Below are positions 1-8,675 of a DNA stretch of 64,000 nucleotides, one piece after another. Source of the DNA: Terriglobia bacterium. GTDB taxonomy: Bacteria > Acidobacteriota > Terriglobia > JAJPHL01. A program made the translations under genes and the position numbers. The notes beneath the pieces are model-generated. The model saw only the letters and a program-made list of their open reading frames with translations, searched no databases and had not been told where the DNA came from. Location of the stretch: assembly GCA_963747095.1 (NCBI GenBank), contig CAVVEL010000022.1, forward strand, positions 251,005 to 315,004, read 5' to 3'. How positions within the stretch are numbered: position 1 is the first letter of the stretch; every line of letters begins with the position of its first letter.

Positions 1-632
1 GACGTTCGCTTCGCGTCTCGCGCGCCCACCCACATCCGCGCCCAGCGATTCCGCCAGCTTGCCGGTGCGATTCGCCGCGCGTCGAGACGTACACCTCGCA
101 GTTCCATGCCTGCAGCACCGGCAGCGCAAGATGCGCCGACGCGCCAAAGCCGAAAAGCCCACGCGCTCGCCCGGCTTGGACGCCGGCCACGCGCAGACTG
201 CGAAAGCCGATGATGCCGGCGCAGAGCAGCGGCGCGGCGTGCAAATCGTCGAGCGCGTCCGGCAGCGGAAAAACGAAATCGGCGCGCGCCACCGCATACT
301 CGGCGTATCCGCCATCCACGGTGTAGCCGGTGAAGGCGGGCGAATCGCAGAGATTTTCCTGGCCGCGCCGGCAGTACGGGCAAGTGCCGTCGGTGCCGCC
401 CAGCCACGAGACGCCTACGCGCGTCGCCAGTCGGGCGATTTCGCCGACGATCTGATGTCCGGGAATCAGCCGCTCGCGGACGCGGCGGCAATTCGCCTTC
501 GACAATGTGCAGGTCGGTGCGGCACACGCCGCAGGCGCGCACGCGCAGCAGGACTTGTCCCGGTCCAGGCGAGGGGGTGGGCGCTTCGGCGATCTCCAGC
601 CGGCGCGGCGCGGTTAGGATGGCGGCTTTCAC
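1..632 (-). pseudogene. Zn-dependent alcohol dehydrogenase (MDR family), first ~210 codons; gene runs off the window start; interrupted by an apparent 1-nt insertion
   Basis: The minus strand from GTG 630-632 reads VKAAILTAPRRLEIAEAPTPSPGPGQVLLRVRACGVCRTDLHIVEGELPP, a typical MDR/ADH N-terminus. Family-like sequence continues only after skipping one base near 478-490: RERLIPGHQIVGEI..GTCPYCRRGQENLCDSPAFTGYTVDGGYAEYAV..LLCAGIIGFRSL..GLFGFGASAHLA. It is absent from the ORF track because it has no stop inside the window. Confidence 0.65.
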
Positions 633-659
633 TCTCGTTTTCAGCGTAACACAGGGTTC

Positions 660-757
660 TTTTCACCACGAAGGCACGAGAAGAAAGCAGCCAAGAGCAC
701 ACAGGATTCCTTCGTGTTCTTGGCTGCTTCTTCTTCGTGCCTTCGTGGTGAAAAAAA
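660..757. repeat. Family-A intergenic hairpin element (CACGAAG-type imperfect palindrome)
   Basis: The left arm TTTTCACCACGAAGGCACGAGAAGAAAGCAGCCAAGAGCAC pairs with the right arm, whose reverse complement is TTTTCACCACGAAGGCACGAAGAAGAAGCAGCCAAGAACAC. It lies directly after the stop of the Usp gene. Confidence 0.85.
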
Positions 758-767
758 GGCCGTGCAG

Positions 768-1631
768 CTACAGACTCAGCACCGGACATGGCGAATCGCG
801 GATGATGGCGTAGGCGTGCGTCCGCAAGCGGCCGAAGGGGGCGAGGAGTTTGCCGCGCCCGATGATGACCAGGTCCGCTTCGTGCTGCGTAGCGACTTTG
901 CGAACCAGCTTGGAGACGGCCTCGGCCTCCACAGTTGCCGGCAGATCCGAGCCGGCGCGCCGTTGTAGTTTGGCAAACTCCACGCGCGCGCCTTCCAGCA
1001 CGAAATGCCGATAGTCGGCGTCCATCTGCGACTCGGCGTGAGGCGCCGCGGCGGGCACCGCGTGCACCAGGTGCAGCCTGGCGCTGAACAGGTCGGCCAA
1101 GTCGATGGCGCGTTTCACTATGCAGACGCCATCCTTGTTCAAATCAACGGCCGCCACGATGCTGCGGCACTTCACATGGGTGGGCAGTTGGGGATCGCTG
1201 GCATGTGCGGCCGTCCACACGGGAACGCCCACGTCGTGCAGCACCTTGGCGGTGAGCGATCCCAGCAGCAGGCTGCGGAAGGGGCCGTAGCCGTGAGTCG
1301 GCATCATGACCAGATCCACGCCGTGATTCTCCACATAGTCGAGAATGGCACGGGCCGGCTCGCCAATGGAGCACACGGTGGTGATTTCTTCGTCAGTCGT
1401 GTCGGCGAAGGCCGCCAGTTGCCGCTCGGCATCGCGCTGAAGTGTATTGATATCAATCACCACGGGATACGTCACGGCGAAAGACCCGTAAACGCCGGGG
1501 GGCACGTGGACGGCATGTAACAGGGTAACCTTGGCGCCGAATCTACCGGCTATGGTCTTCACGAAAGGGTAGATAGCGCGGCAAGGCTCCGAGAAGTCCA
1601 CTGGAAATAGAATGTGATGAAAGCCGGGCAT
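768..1631 (-). CDS. universal stress protein, tandem UspA domains
   Basis: ORF 768..1832 with an internal ATG at 1631 and GGAGG about 9 nt upstream. It starts MPGFHHILFPVDFSE.. and has two Usp-like halves (..VDLVMMPTHGYGPFRSLLLGSLTAKVLH.. and ..ADLVIIGRGKLLAPFGRLRTHAYAIIRDSPCPVLSL). Confidence 0.8.
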   Translation of the reverse strand: MPGFHHILFPVDFSEPCRAIYPFVKTIAGRFGAKVTLLHAVHVPPGVYGSFAVTYPVVIDINTLQRDAERQLAAFADTTDEEITTVCSIGEPARAILDYVENHGVDLVMMPTHGYGPFRSLLLGSLTAKVLHDVGVPVWTAAHASDPQLPTHVKCRSIVAAVDLNKDGVCIVKRAIDLADLFSARLHLVHAVPAAAPHAESQMDADYRHFVLEGARVEFAKLQRRAGSDLPATVEAEAVSKLVRKVATQHEADLVIIGRGKLLAPFGRLRTHAYAIIRDSPCPVLSL

Positions 1632-1757
1632 GGTCGGGTACCTCCACTTCCCATGGAGCAACTGGAATGCCATGAAAAGGCCGCTAAATAAGTAGAAATG
1701 GCCAACCGGCCTGCGAAGTTGCACGCAGTTCTGGGGGTTTTGGCTCAGGGTAGGGAC

Positions 1758-1800
1758 TTTTTCACCACGAAGACACGAAGACACAAAGAGAAGCCCACGA
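1758..1800. repeat. Family-A element, solitary half copy
   Basis: TTTTTCACCACGAAGACACGAAGACACAAAGAGAAGCCCACGAAGACAG shares the head of the 660-757 arm. I see no inverted partner nearby. Confidence 0.5.
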
Positions 1801-1868
1801 AGACAGCGATCCCAATAAATCCACGACGCCAAGCCCCGGCCCCTTGTACAATTCCAGCGGAGGTAAGT

Positions 1869-4481
1869 ATGCGTCTAGCTTCGTTGCTCCTCATTTTGAT
1901 ATCCGTTGTTGGATTGTCCCAAATTGCGGTGGCCGGGCCGTTGGCGCCGGTGGGATTGCGCTGCGAACATCTCCCGAATCCGATTGGCATTGACGCGGCG
2001 AAGCCGCGCTTCTCCTGGGAGCTGCAGCACACCGCGCGCGGGCAGGCCCAAACGGCGTACCAGATCACAATCACTGATGTTACGCCGAGCCGCGGCACTC
2101 CTTTCTGGGACTCGGGGCGCGTGGCGTCGGCGCAATCGTCGTTGGTGGAGTACACCGGGCCGGCGCTCGAAAGCGGCCATCGTTACCAGTGGCAGGTGCG
2201 CTACTGGGACAAGGATGGTCAAGCAAGTCCCCAGAGCGGGCCGGTGTTCTTCGAAATGGGATTGCTGTCGGCGTCGGAATGGAAAGGCCAATGGATCTCC
2301 GGCGGCAACAATCTGCTGCGCCGCGATTTCAGCGTGCCTGCGGCCGTGCGCCGCGCGCGCGTCTACGTTGCCGCGGCCGGATACTACGAACTGCGGCTCA
2401 ATGGCGGCAAGGTCGGCAATCACTACCTCGATCCCGGCTACACCGCATACGCCAAGCGTGTGCTCTACGCCACCTACGACGTGACCTCTCAGATTCATCA
2501 AGGCGCCAACGCCGTGGGATTGCTCCTGGGCGAAGGCCGCTTCAGCCCGCGCGTGGGAATCCTGCAACTGAACATTGAAATGGCCGACGGCAAAACGATG
2601 TCGGTGGTCAGCGACGATTCCTGGCGCATGCATGCGGGGCCGATCGTCTCCGACAGCGTCTACAACGGCGAAACATACGACGGGCGCATGGAAATCTCCG
2701 GTTGGGATAGCGCCGGATTCAACGCCTCTGCCTGGCAACCGGTCAAAACCGTTCCCTCCACCGCGACGCTCTCCGCCATGATGATGCCGCCGGTACGCGT
2801 GATCCACACTTTGACTCCGGTGAAGCGCACCATGCCGCAGCCGGGCGTTTATGTCTACGACTTCGGGCAAAATTTCAGCGGATGGACCCGTCTGCGCGTG
2901 CGCGGTCTCGCGGGCACGTCAGTGCGTCTCCGCCACGCCGAGTTGTTACAGGGCGACGGCATGTTGAACACCGAAAACCTGCGCGCCGCGCAAGCCACCG
3001 ATACATACATTCTGCGTGGAAGCGCACAGGATGAGGTGTACCAGCCGCACTTCACCTACCACGGATACCGCTACGTGGAAGTGACCGGCTATCCCGGCGT
3101 GCCGCCGTCCGGCGCGATCATGGCGCGCGTGGCCAACACCGATGTGACTCCGGTGGGCGGGTTCGCGTCGTCGAATCAAGTGCTGAACGACATCCAGCGC
3201 ATCACGCAATGGGGCATCCTGAGCAACCTGCACAGCATTCCCACCGATTGCAATCAGCGCGACGAGCGCGAAGGCTGGACCGCCGACGCTCACTTGGCCG
3301 CGGAATCGGCCATCTGGAATTTCGATATGGCGGCCTTTTACACCAACTTCCTGCGCGACATGCGCGACTCGCAATCCGACGCCGGCATGATTCCCGACAC
3401 CGTTCCTTCGCATCGCGGCGGTGGGCGCAGCGATCCCGCCTGGGGATCGGCCTATCCCTTGATTGTCAGCTACATCTACGATTACTACGGCGACCGCCGC
3501 GTGCTGGAAGAAAACTACGAAGGATTGAAACATTGGGCCGGCTGGCTGCACGGGCTGTCCAAGGATTTCATTGTCGAACACTTCAACTATGGCGACTGGG
3601 TTCCCGTCGAGCCCACGCCCGGTCCGCTCGTTTCCACGGCCTATTACGCGTACAGCGTGCAGATCGCCGCCCGAGTGGCCACGATTCTCGGTAGAACAGA
3701 GGATGCTAAGGCCTTCGAAGCGGAGGCTGCTTCCATCAAAGAGGCCTTTCACAAGCGCTTCTGGCATCCGGAAATTCGCGCCTACGGCAACGGCAGTCAA
3801 ACGTCGCAAGTGCTGGCGCTCTACGTGGGATTAGCGTCGAAGGACGCTCAGGGACAGGCGCGCGGGCATCTTACCGACAATATTGTCTATGAAAAGGATA
3901 CTCACCTGACCACCGGCATTCTGGGAACGAAATACATTCTGCCGCTGCTGACCAGCATGGGGCGTAGCGATTTGGCTTACGAACTGGCGTCGCAAACAAC
4001 GTACCCAAGTTGGGGATACATGATTTCGCACGGCGCGACTACGTTGTGGGAATTGTGGCAGGAGCGCACCGGTCCGTCCATGAACTCCCACAATCACCCG
4101 ATGTTCGGCAGCGTAGCGGGTTGGATGTATCAGGCGTTGGCCGGGATCAACTACGATCCCGCACATCCCGGCTTCGAACGCATCATCGTGCAGCCGCGCA
4201 TGGTGGACGATTTGAAGTGGGTTTCCGGATCCATTCAAACGCCGCGCGGATTGGTGGCCGTTTCGTGGAACCGGACGCCGGACCGCGTGGAAATGGACGT
4301 CACGGTTCCAGTGGGCAGCGAGGCCGAGATTCACGTGCCCAAGCCGCGCCAGCCCGGCGGCAAATTAACCGAGAACGACAATCCCGTGGCGCCGGGCAAT
4401 GGCATTGTCTCAAGCAAGGAAGGCCGCGAAGATTTTGTGGTGGTGGTTGGCTCCGGGGAGTACCGCTTTCGGGTTCAGTAA
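1869..4481 (+). CDS. alpha-L-rhamnosidase, glycoside hydrolase family 78, secreted
   Basis: ORF 1698..4481 with ATG 1869 preceded by GGAGG. It has a signal-like MRLASLLLILISVVGLSQIAVAG. GH78-like N-terminal strings are PVGLRCEHLPNPIGIDAAKPRFSWEL, AYQITI and WDSGRVASAQSSLVEYTGPALESGHRYQWQVRYWDKDG. Confidence 0.8.
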   Translation: MRLASLLLILISVVGLSQIAVAGPLAPVGLRCEHLPNPIGIDAAKPRFSWELQHTARGQAQTAYQITITDVTPSRGTPFWDSGRVASAQSSLVEYTGPALESGHRYQWQVRYWDKDGQASPQSGPVFFEMGLLSASEWKGQWISGGNNLLRRDFSVPAAVRRARVYVAAAGYYELRLNGGKVGNHYLDPGYTAYAKRVLYATYDVTSQIHQGANAVGLLLGEGRFSPRVGILQLNIEMADGKTMSVVSDDSWRMHAGPIVSDSVYNGETYDGRMEISGWDSAGFNASAWQPVKTVPSTATLSAMMMPPVRVIHTLTPVKRTMPQPGVYVYDFGQNFSGWTRLRVRGLAGTSVRLRHAELLQGDGMLNTENLRAAQATDTYILRGSAQDEVYQPHFTYHGYRYVEVTGYPGVPPSGAIMARVANTDVTPVGGFASSNQVLNDIQRITQWGILSNLHSIPTDCNQRDEREGWTADAHLAAESAIWNFDMAAFYTNFLRDMRDSQSDAGMIPDTVPSHRGGGRSDPAWGSAYPLIVSYIYDYYGDRRVLEENYEGLKHWAGWLHGLSKDFIVEHFNYGDWVPVEPTPGPLVSTAYYAYSVQIAARVATILGRTEDAKAFEAEAASIKEAFHKRFWHPEIRAYGNGSQTSQVLALYVGLASKDAQGQARGHLTDNIVYEKDTHLTTGILGTKYILPLLTSMGRSDLAYELASQTTYPSWGYMISHGATTLWELWQERTGPSMNSHNHPMFGSVAGWMYQALAGINYDPAHPGFERIIVQPRMVDDLKWVSGSIQTPRGLVAVSWNRTPDRVEMDVTVPVGSEAEIHVPKPRQPGGKLTENDNPVAPGNGIVSSKEGREDFVVVVGSGEYRFRVQ

Positions 4482-4544
4482 CGCAGGCCTTCAGGCCTGT
4501 GCTTTTTTCGGAAGAACACGAACAGGCCTGAAGGCCTGCGTTAC
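4478..4544. repeat. Family-C palindromic element (GTAACGCAGGCCTTCAGGCCTGT ... ACAGGCCTGAAGGCCTGCGTTAC)
   Basis: Perfect 23-nt arms. The left arm contains the TAA stop of the GH78 gene (4479-4481). A second copy lies at 54070-54137. Confidence 0.9.
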
Positions 4545-4685
4545 GGTCATGTCGGCGGTGGCGACCCGGATAGAATTAGCCGCCACCGCCGGTGCACCGC
4601 CCTGATGCGACGCAGGGCAGCGATCGGGAGCCGAGGCGCCTACCTCCGTTTAGCCGCAGCTCCCAAACTTGAAAACCCTTGCCTA

Positions 4686-5904
4686 GTGTATCGTTTCATT
4701 AAAATATCATCTCATCAAGAGCTCCGAACTTCCTCCACCGGTGGACCACGGGGGCCGCATTGATCTCGGCGATGCCCAGCAGGATACGGTCTCGCAACTC
4801 TTCCCAGGAGTGGACCCGAATGTGCTTGAGGAAAGTCCGCGCCATCTTGCCAAATAGACTCTCGACGATATTGAGCCAGGACCCATGCGTAGGCGTCAGG
4901 ACGTAGTGGAAACGGTTGGGGCGGGTCGCCAGCCACGCTTGGGTTTCGCGGGAAATGTGCGAGGAGTGATTGTCCAGGATCAGACGGATGGAGCAGTCCG
5001 GCGGATAGTGGTGATCCAGGTCTTGCAGCAGGGCAATGAATTCAATGCTGCGATGGCGCCGCTCGACGCGCGCCGTAACGTGCCCGTCGTGCAGATCCAA
5101 AGCCGCCAAGATCGAGCAGGTCCCCAAGCGTTTGTATTCGTGGTCGCGGGTGACCGTGGGATGCTTGCCGGCAACGGGGGGCAGGTCTGGCGCGGTGTTG
5201 GCGATGGCCTGCAAGCCGGGTTTCTCATCCACCGAAACCGTGACCACCGGCAGGATCTGGTCGGAGGCTTGGCGCCCTTCATTCCGCAGGGCCACCGCTT
5301 GGTAGACCAGCAGGACATTGCGCATCTTCTCTTCAAACCGCGGGTCGCGCCGCTCCAGATAGTATTGGATCCGTTCGGGGTGCAGGGGTTGGTCGGCCAG
5401 AATGCGATGGACGGTGGCCTTAACGGCCCTGCCCAGGGAAGGATGGCCAGCCTCCACGGCGTGGGTTCGAACATGGTTGGCCAGAGCGCTCCGCGTCCAC
5501 AGTTCGGCCGCATAACCGAGATCTTTTGGTTTCGTGCAAGCCACATGAACCACCCAGACCCGCGCTTCCTCGGTGATGACGGGTTCTTTGGGACGATGCC
5601 AGGTGTCCTTCAGTGCGGCCAGCGGCCCCATCGCCAACGCTCGGTTGACCCATTTGGCAACGCTCTTTCGCGTTGTCCCCATGTTTCTGGCAATTCCGGC
5701 TACCGTCTCGCCGGCCGCGTAACGCAACAGGATCTGCGCCCGCTGCACCTCCCGGATCGGTGCCTTGGCCGACTGTCGAATCCGTTGTAGTTGCGCCTGT
5801 TGTTCCGGCGTCAGGTTAAGCTTCGGTCGTCGCGATTTGCCTGCCATGCTTTCAGCATAGCAGAAAACAGATCCAACAGAATATGTTTTATTGAAACGCT
5901 ATAC
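4686..5904 (-). mobile_element. IS630-family insertion sequence, complete
   Basis: The left inverted repeat is GTGTATCGTTTCATTAAAATAT (4686-4707). The reverse complement of 5883-5904 is GTATAGCGTTTCAATAAAACAT. The element is flanked by TA (4684-4685) and TA (5905-5906), the expected TA target duplication. Confidence 0.85.
4699..5847 (-). CDS. IS630 family transposase (HTH + DDE_3 core)
   Basis: 382-aa ORF with ..ETVAGIARNMGTTRKSVAKWVNR.., ..VSVDEKPGLQA.., ..LILDNHSSH.. and ..HGSWLNIVESLF.. Confidence 0.9.
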   Translation of the reverse strand: MAGKSRRPKLNLTPEQQAQLQRIRQSAKAPIREVQRAQILLRYAAGETVAGIARNMGTTRKSVAKWVNRALAMGPLAALKDTWHRPKEPVITEEARVWVVHVACTKPKDLGYAAELWTRSALANHVRTHAVEAGHPSLGRAVKATVHRILADQPLHPERIQYYLERRDPRFEEKMRNVLLVYQAVALRNEGRQASDQILPVVTVSVDEKPGLQAIANTAPDLPPVAGKHPTVTRDHEYKRLGTCSILAALDLHDGHVTARVERRHRSIEFIALLQDLDHHYPPDCSIRLILDNHSSHISRETQAWLATRPNRFHYVLTPTHGSWLNIVESLFGKMARTFLKHIRVHSWEELRDRILLGIAEINAAPVVHRWRKFGALDEMIF

Positions 5905-6845
5905 TAGTTCTCGCCGGACACGTCCGCCGCCTGGCCGTAGCTGGCCTGCGATTCCGGGATCAACAAATACCCCACCACGTCGCCGTGGTTCACTTGATTC
6001 ACCACCAGACGCAACGGCGGCCCGCCGGCCTTGGGATAGATCATGACCGGCACTTGGGCATCCTGATTCCTGACCCACACGGTGCGGCGATCTTGCGCCA
6101 GCCAGACCCAGCCGTTGTAACGCTGATGTTCCACGTCGGTCGATTCCACCGACACCGTCACGCCAGGGACCAGGGGCTGGCTGCGGTTCTGGGAAATCTC
6201 GAAGTCGATACGCTGATCGCGATGGTCTTTCTCCAGCACGCCCAACCGGCCGTCCAGGCGGTCGGCGGTCTGATCGTTGGATGCGCGCAGCTCATGAAGG
6301 TCCTGGCTGGTGTCGCTGCGGAGATCGGCGACCTCGTGCCGGGAGTCGGCCATTTCGCGCCGCACCCGATCAAATTCGGCGCGTTGGAAGCGATTGGCAG
6401 ACTCCAGTTGGTCGAGGCGCGTATTCACCACGCTCGCCTGTTGATCAAAATTAGCCAGACGGGCGTCCACGCGCGCTTCTAAGTCGCCGATTATCTTGGC
6501 GGTCCGATCTTTCGCCGTGGTCATCACGTTTCCGGCGCCTTTTTCGATCTTGGCCAGGCGCGTATCGAACACCGACCACCGATCGCTCCAGTTGCGCAGG
6601 TTATTCTCGGCAACATCGACGCGCGCCTTCAAGCCATCAAAAGACGTTTGCACGGCGGGCAGACGCGTCAATTGTCGTTCTTGCTGATCCTGGCGTTGTC
6701 CCAGAAACCAGCACGTTCCCGCAACCGTGAGAGTGAGCAGCAAGATCAGAGCCAATGTACCGGTGTGGGATTCCCGCACAGGAGTCGAAACAATCTTGGT
6801 TTTCTTCTCCGTTGTTTCCGGGGTTGAGTCTTTACTTTCGAACAT
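5904..6845 (-). CDS. hypothetical membrane-anchored coiled-coil protein
   Basis: ORF 5904..6965 with ATG 6845 preceded by GGGAGGG. It has one TM helix (TGTLALILLLTLTVAGTCWFLG), a long charged helical region and a C-terminal beta-rich part. I recognise no family. Confidence 0.6.
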   Translation of the reverse strand: MFESKDSTPETTEKKTKIVSTPVRESHTGTLALILLLTLTVAGTCWFLGQRQDQQERQLTRLPAVQTSFDGLKARVDVAENNLRNWSDRWSVFDTRLAKIEKGAGNVMTTAKDRTAKIIGDLEARVDARLANFDQQASVVNTRLDQLESANRFQRAEFDRVRREMADSRHEVADLRSDTSQDLHELRASNDQTADRLDGRLGVLEKDHRDQRIDFEISQNRSQPLVPGVTVSVESTDVEHQRYNGWVWLAQDRRTVWVRNQDAQVPVMIYPKAGGPPLRLVVNQVNHGDVVGYLLIPESQASYGQAADVSGEN

Positions 6846-7148
6846 CGCAGTACCCTCCCTATCGAGGCATTCCGGCGAGGGCTGATCCTCTCGCCACGGA
6901 CGGAGATGGCGCGGGTTGCGATCCTTCTTGCCAGTGAGACGAAGCGCGGCCCCAGATGGTTTCACTAGGACTACTAACGCACTGAAAACATTCCATTTGT
7001 TTTTCCCGTCGCTGCTTTAGGGCCGGCCTTGTTAAGAATATTTGTGGGCGGCGTTTAGCGTTTGCATAGCCCGGTCCAAAGGGCTATCATTCCTAGCTTC
7101 AGAGGATTTGGCACTCTTACCACGAAGGAAAGCTTTCCGAGGATCATC

Positions 7149-8675
7149 ATGAAAACACGACTGCCGGTTCTACTGGCTATGGCGGCAGCTATCTGCGTCA
7201 TGGTCAGCCTGATTGTCGCCGAGCGCCCGCACATTTACGCGCTGAAAGACGTTCGCATCGTTGTTGCTCCAGGCCGTGTCATTGCCAAGGGCAACGTGAT
7301 TATTCGCGACGGCCTGATCGAGGCCGCCGGCGCCAACGCCGCCATCCCCAAGGATGCGGTGGAAATCGACGGCTCGGGCAAGACGGTGTACGCCGGTCTG
7401 ATCGACGCGCAAACCAACATCGGTTTGCGGCGCGCCGCAACCACCGCGACGGCCGCCGGTGGACGCGGCGGCAACCCACTCGCCGCTCTGGCGGCGGCAG
7501 CGACGCCGCAGCAAGTTCCGGCGGGCGCCAACCATCCGGTCGCGCGCATTCATCCGGAACTGGATACGCGGACGTTACTGGTCCCGTTTGAAGAAGAACC
7601 GGCGCCAACCGCCACCGGCGGCGGACGCGGCGGCGGCGGGCGCGGTGGAGCCGCGGCGCCGGCGGCAGCCACGGCCTCGGACTCCGAACGTTATCGCGGG
7701 ATCGGATTTACTACCGTGTTGGTGGAACCCGACAATGGAATCATCCGCGGCGAAAGCGCCATCATCAACCTGCGCGACGGCGCGCCGGTGACCGCGATCG
7801 TGGTCAAGGATCACGTCTTCCAGCACATCGCCATTGCCAGCGGCGGCGGATTTGGCGGCGGCGGTGGCGGGTATCCCGGCAGCTTGATGGGCATTATCGC
7901 CTCGGTGCGCCAGGCCATGATTGACGCCCAACGCTATGCCACCTGGAAGCAGCGCTACACGGCCAATCCCAGCGGCATGAAGCGGCCCGACGACAGCCCC
8001 TCGTTCGAAGCGCTGGGTCCGGTGATTTCCGGCGAGAAGCAAGTGGTCTTCGATACCGAAGCGGCCGAGGACATTTTAGCCGCCAACCGCATCGCCAACG
8101 AGTTTCACCTGAAGGCCATCATGGGCGCGGACAGCAATACCTATGAGTTGCTGGATCGCGTGAAGGCCACCGGCCGCTCCCTGATTCTCTCCGCGGCTAT
8201 GCCCGACGCCCCGCGCGTCAGCGATCCCGACGACGCCGCGGAAACCGACACGCAGGAATTGCGCCGCTTTGTTGACGCGCCCTCCACGGCCAAGAAACTG
8301 TACGACGCCAAGATTCCCTTTGTGCTTTCCTCGCGCGGTGTCCGTACGCCCGCCGATTTCCCACGCAACGTCAAGCGCATGATCGACGCCGGCCTGCCGG
8401 CCGACGAAGCGCTGGCCAAACTGACCACCGAACCGGCCCGTTGGCTGGGAATCGACAAGCAGATGGGCACAGTGGAAGCCGGCAAGGCCGCCAACCTCAT
8501 CGTTACCGACGGCGACTTGTTCGGCGCCACGACCCGCGTGGTGCGGGTCTACGTAGACGGCTACGAGTACATCCCTCCGCCTCCGCCGCCGGCAGGACGC
8601 GGCGGCCAAGGCGGCCGAGGCGGTAATACCCCGCCGGCTGAATCGGGCGATCAAAATCATGGAGGTGGAAAGTGA
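7149..8675 (+). CDS. amidohydrolase-family protein, secreted, HxH metal motif absent
   Basis: ORF 7062..8675 with ATG 7149 and signal/TM MKTRLPVLLAMAAAICVMVSLIV. The string ..VIIRDGLIEAAGANAAIPKDAVEIDGSGKTVYAGLIDAQTNIG.. has AQTN where HxH is expected. The C-terminus is ..GTVEAGKAANLIVTDGDLF..VVRVYVDG. It carries Gly/Arg-rich inserts. Confidence 0.7.
   Translation: MKTRLPVLLAMAAAICVMVSLIVAERPHIYALKDVRIVVAPGRVIAKGNVIIRDGLIEAAGANAAIPKDAVEIDGSGKTVYAGLIDAQTNIGLRRAATTATAAGGRGGNPLAALAAAATPQQVPAGANHPVARIHPELDTRTLLVPFEEEPAPTATGGGRGGGGRGGAAAPAAATASDSERYRGIGFTTVLVEPDNGIIRGESAIINLRDGAPVTAIVVKDHVFQHIAIASGGGFGGGGGGYPGSLMGIIASVRQAMIDAQRYATWKQRYTANPSGMKRPDDSPSFEALGPVISGEKQVVFDTEAAEDILAANRIANEFHLKAIMGADSNTYELLDRVKATGRSLILSAAMPDAPRVSDPDDAAETDTQELRRFVDAPSTAKKLYDAKIPFVLSSRGVRTPADFPRNVKRMIDAGLPADEALAKLTTEPARWLGIDKQMGTVEAGKAANLIVTDGDLFGATTRVVRVYVDGYEYIPPPPPPAGRGGQGGRGGNTPPAESGDQNHGGGK

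Noticed and set aside
1-120. A second and possibly third frameshift near the end of the visible ADH fragment
   Set aside because: All three frames look superficially protein-like in this GC-rich stretch. I cannot decide between them without an alignment, so I do not claim it as a feature.
59-649. 196-aa plus-strand ORF at the left edge
   Set aside because: It is antisense to a clearly recognisable alcohol dehydrogenase sequence. It is Arg/Ala-rich, which is typical of wrong-frame ORFs in GC-rich DNA.
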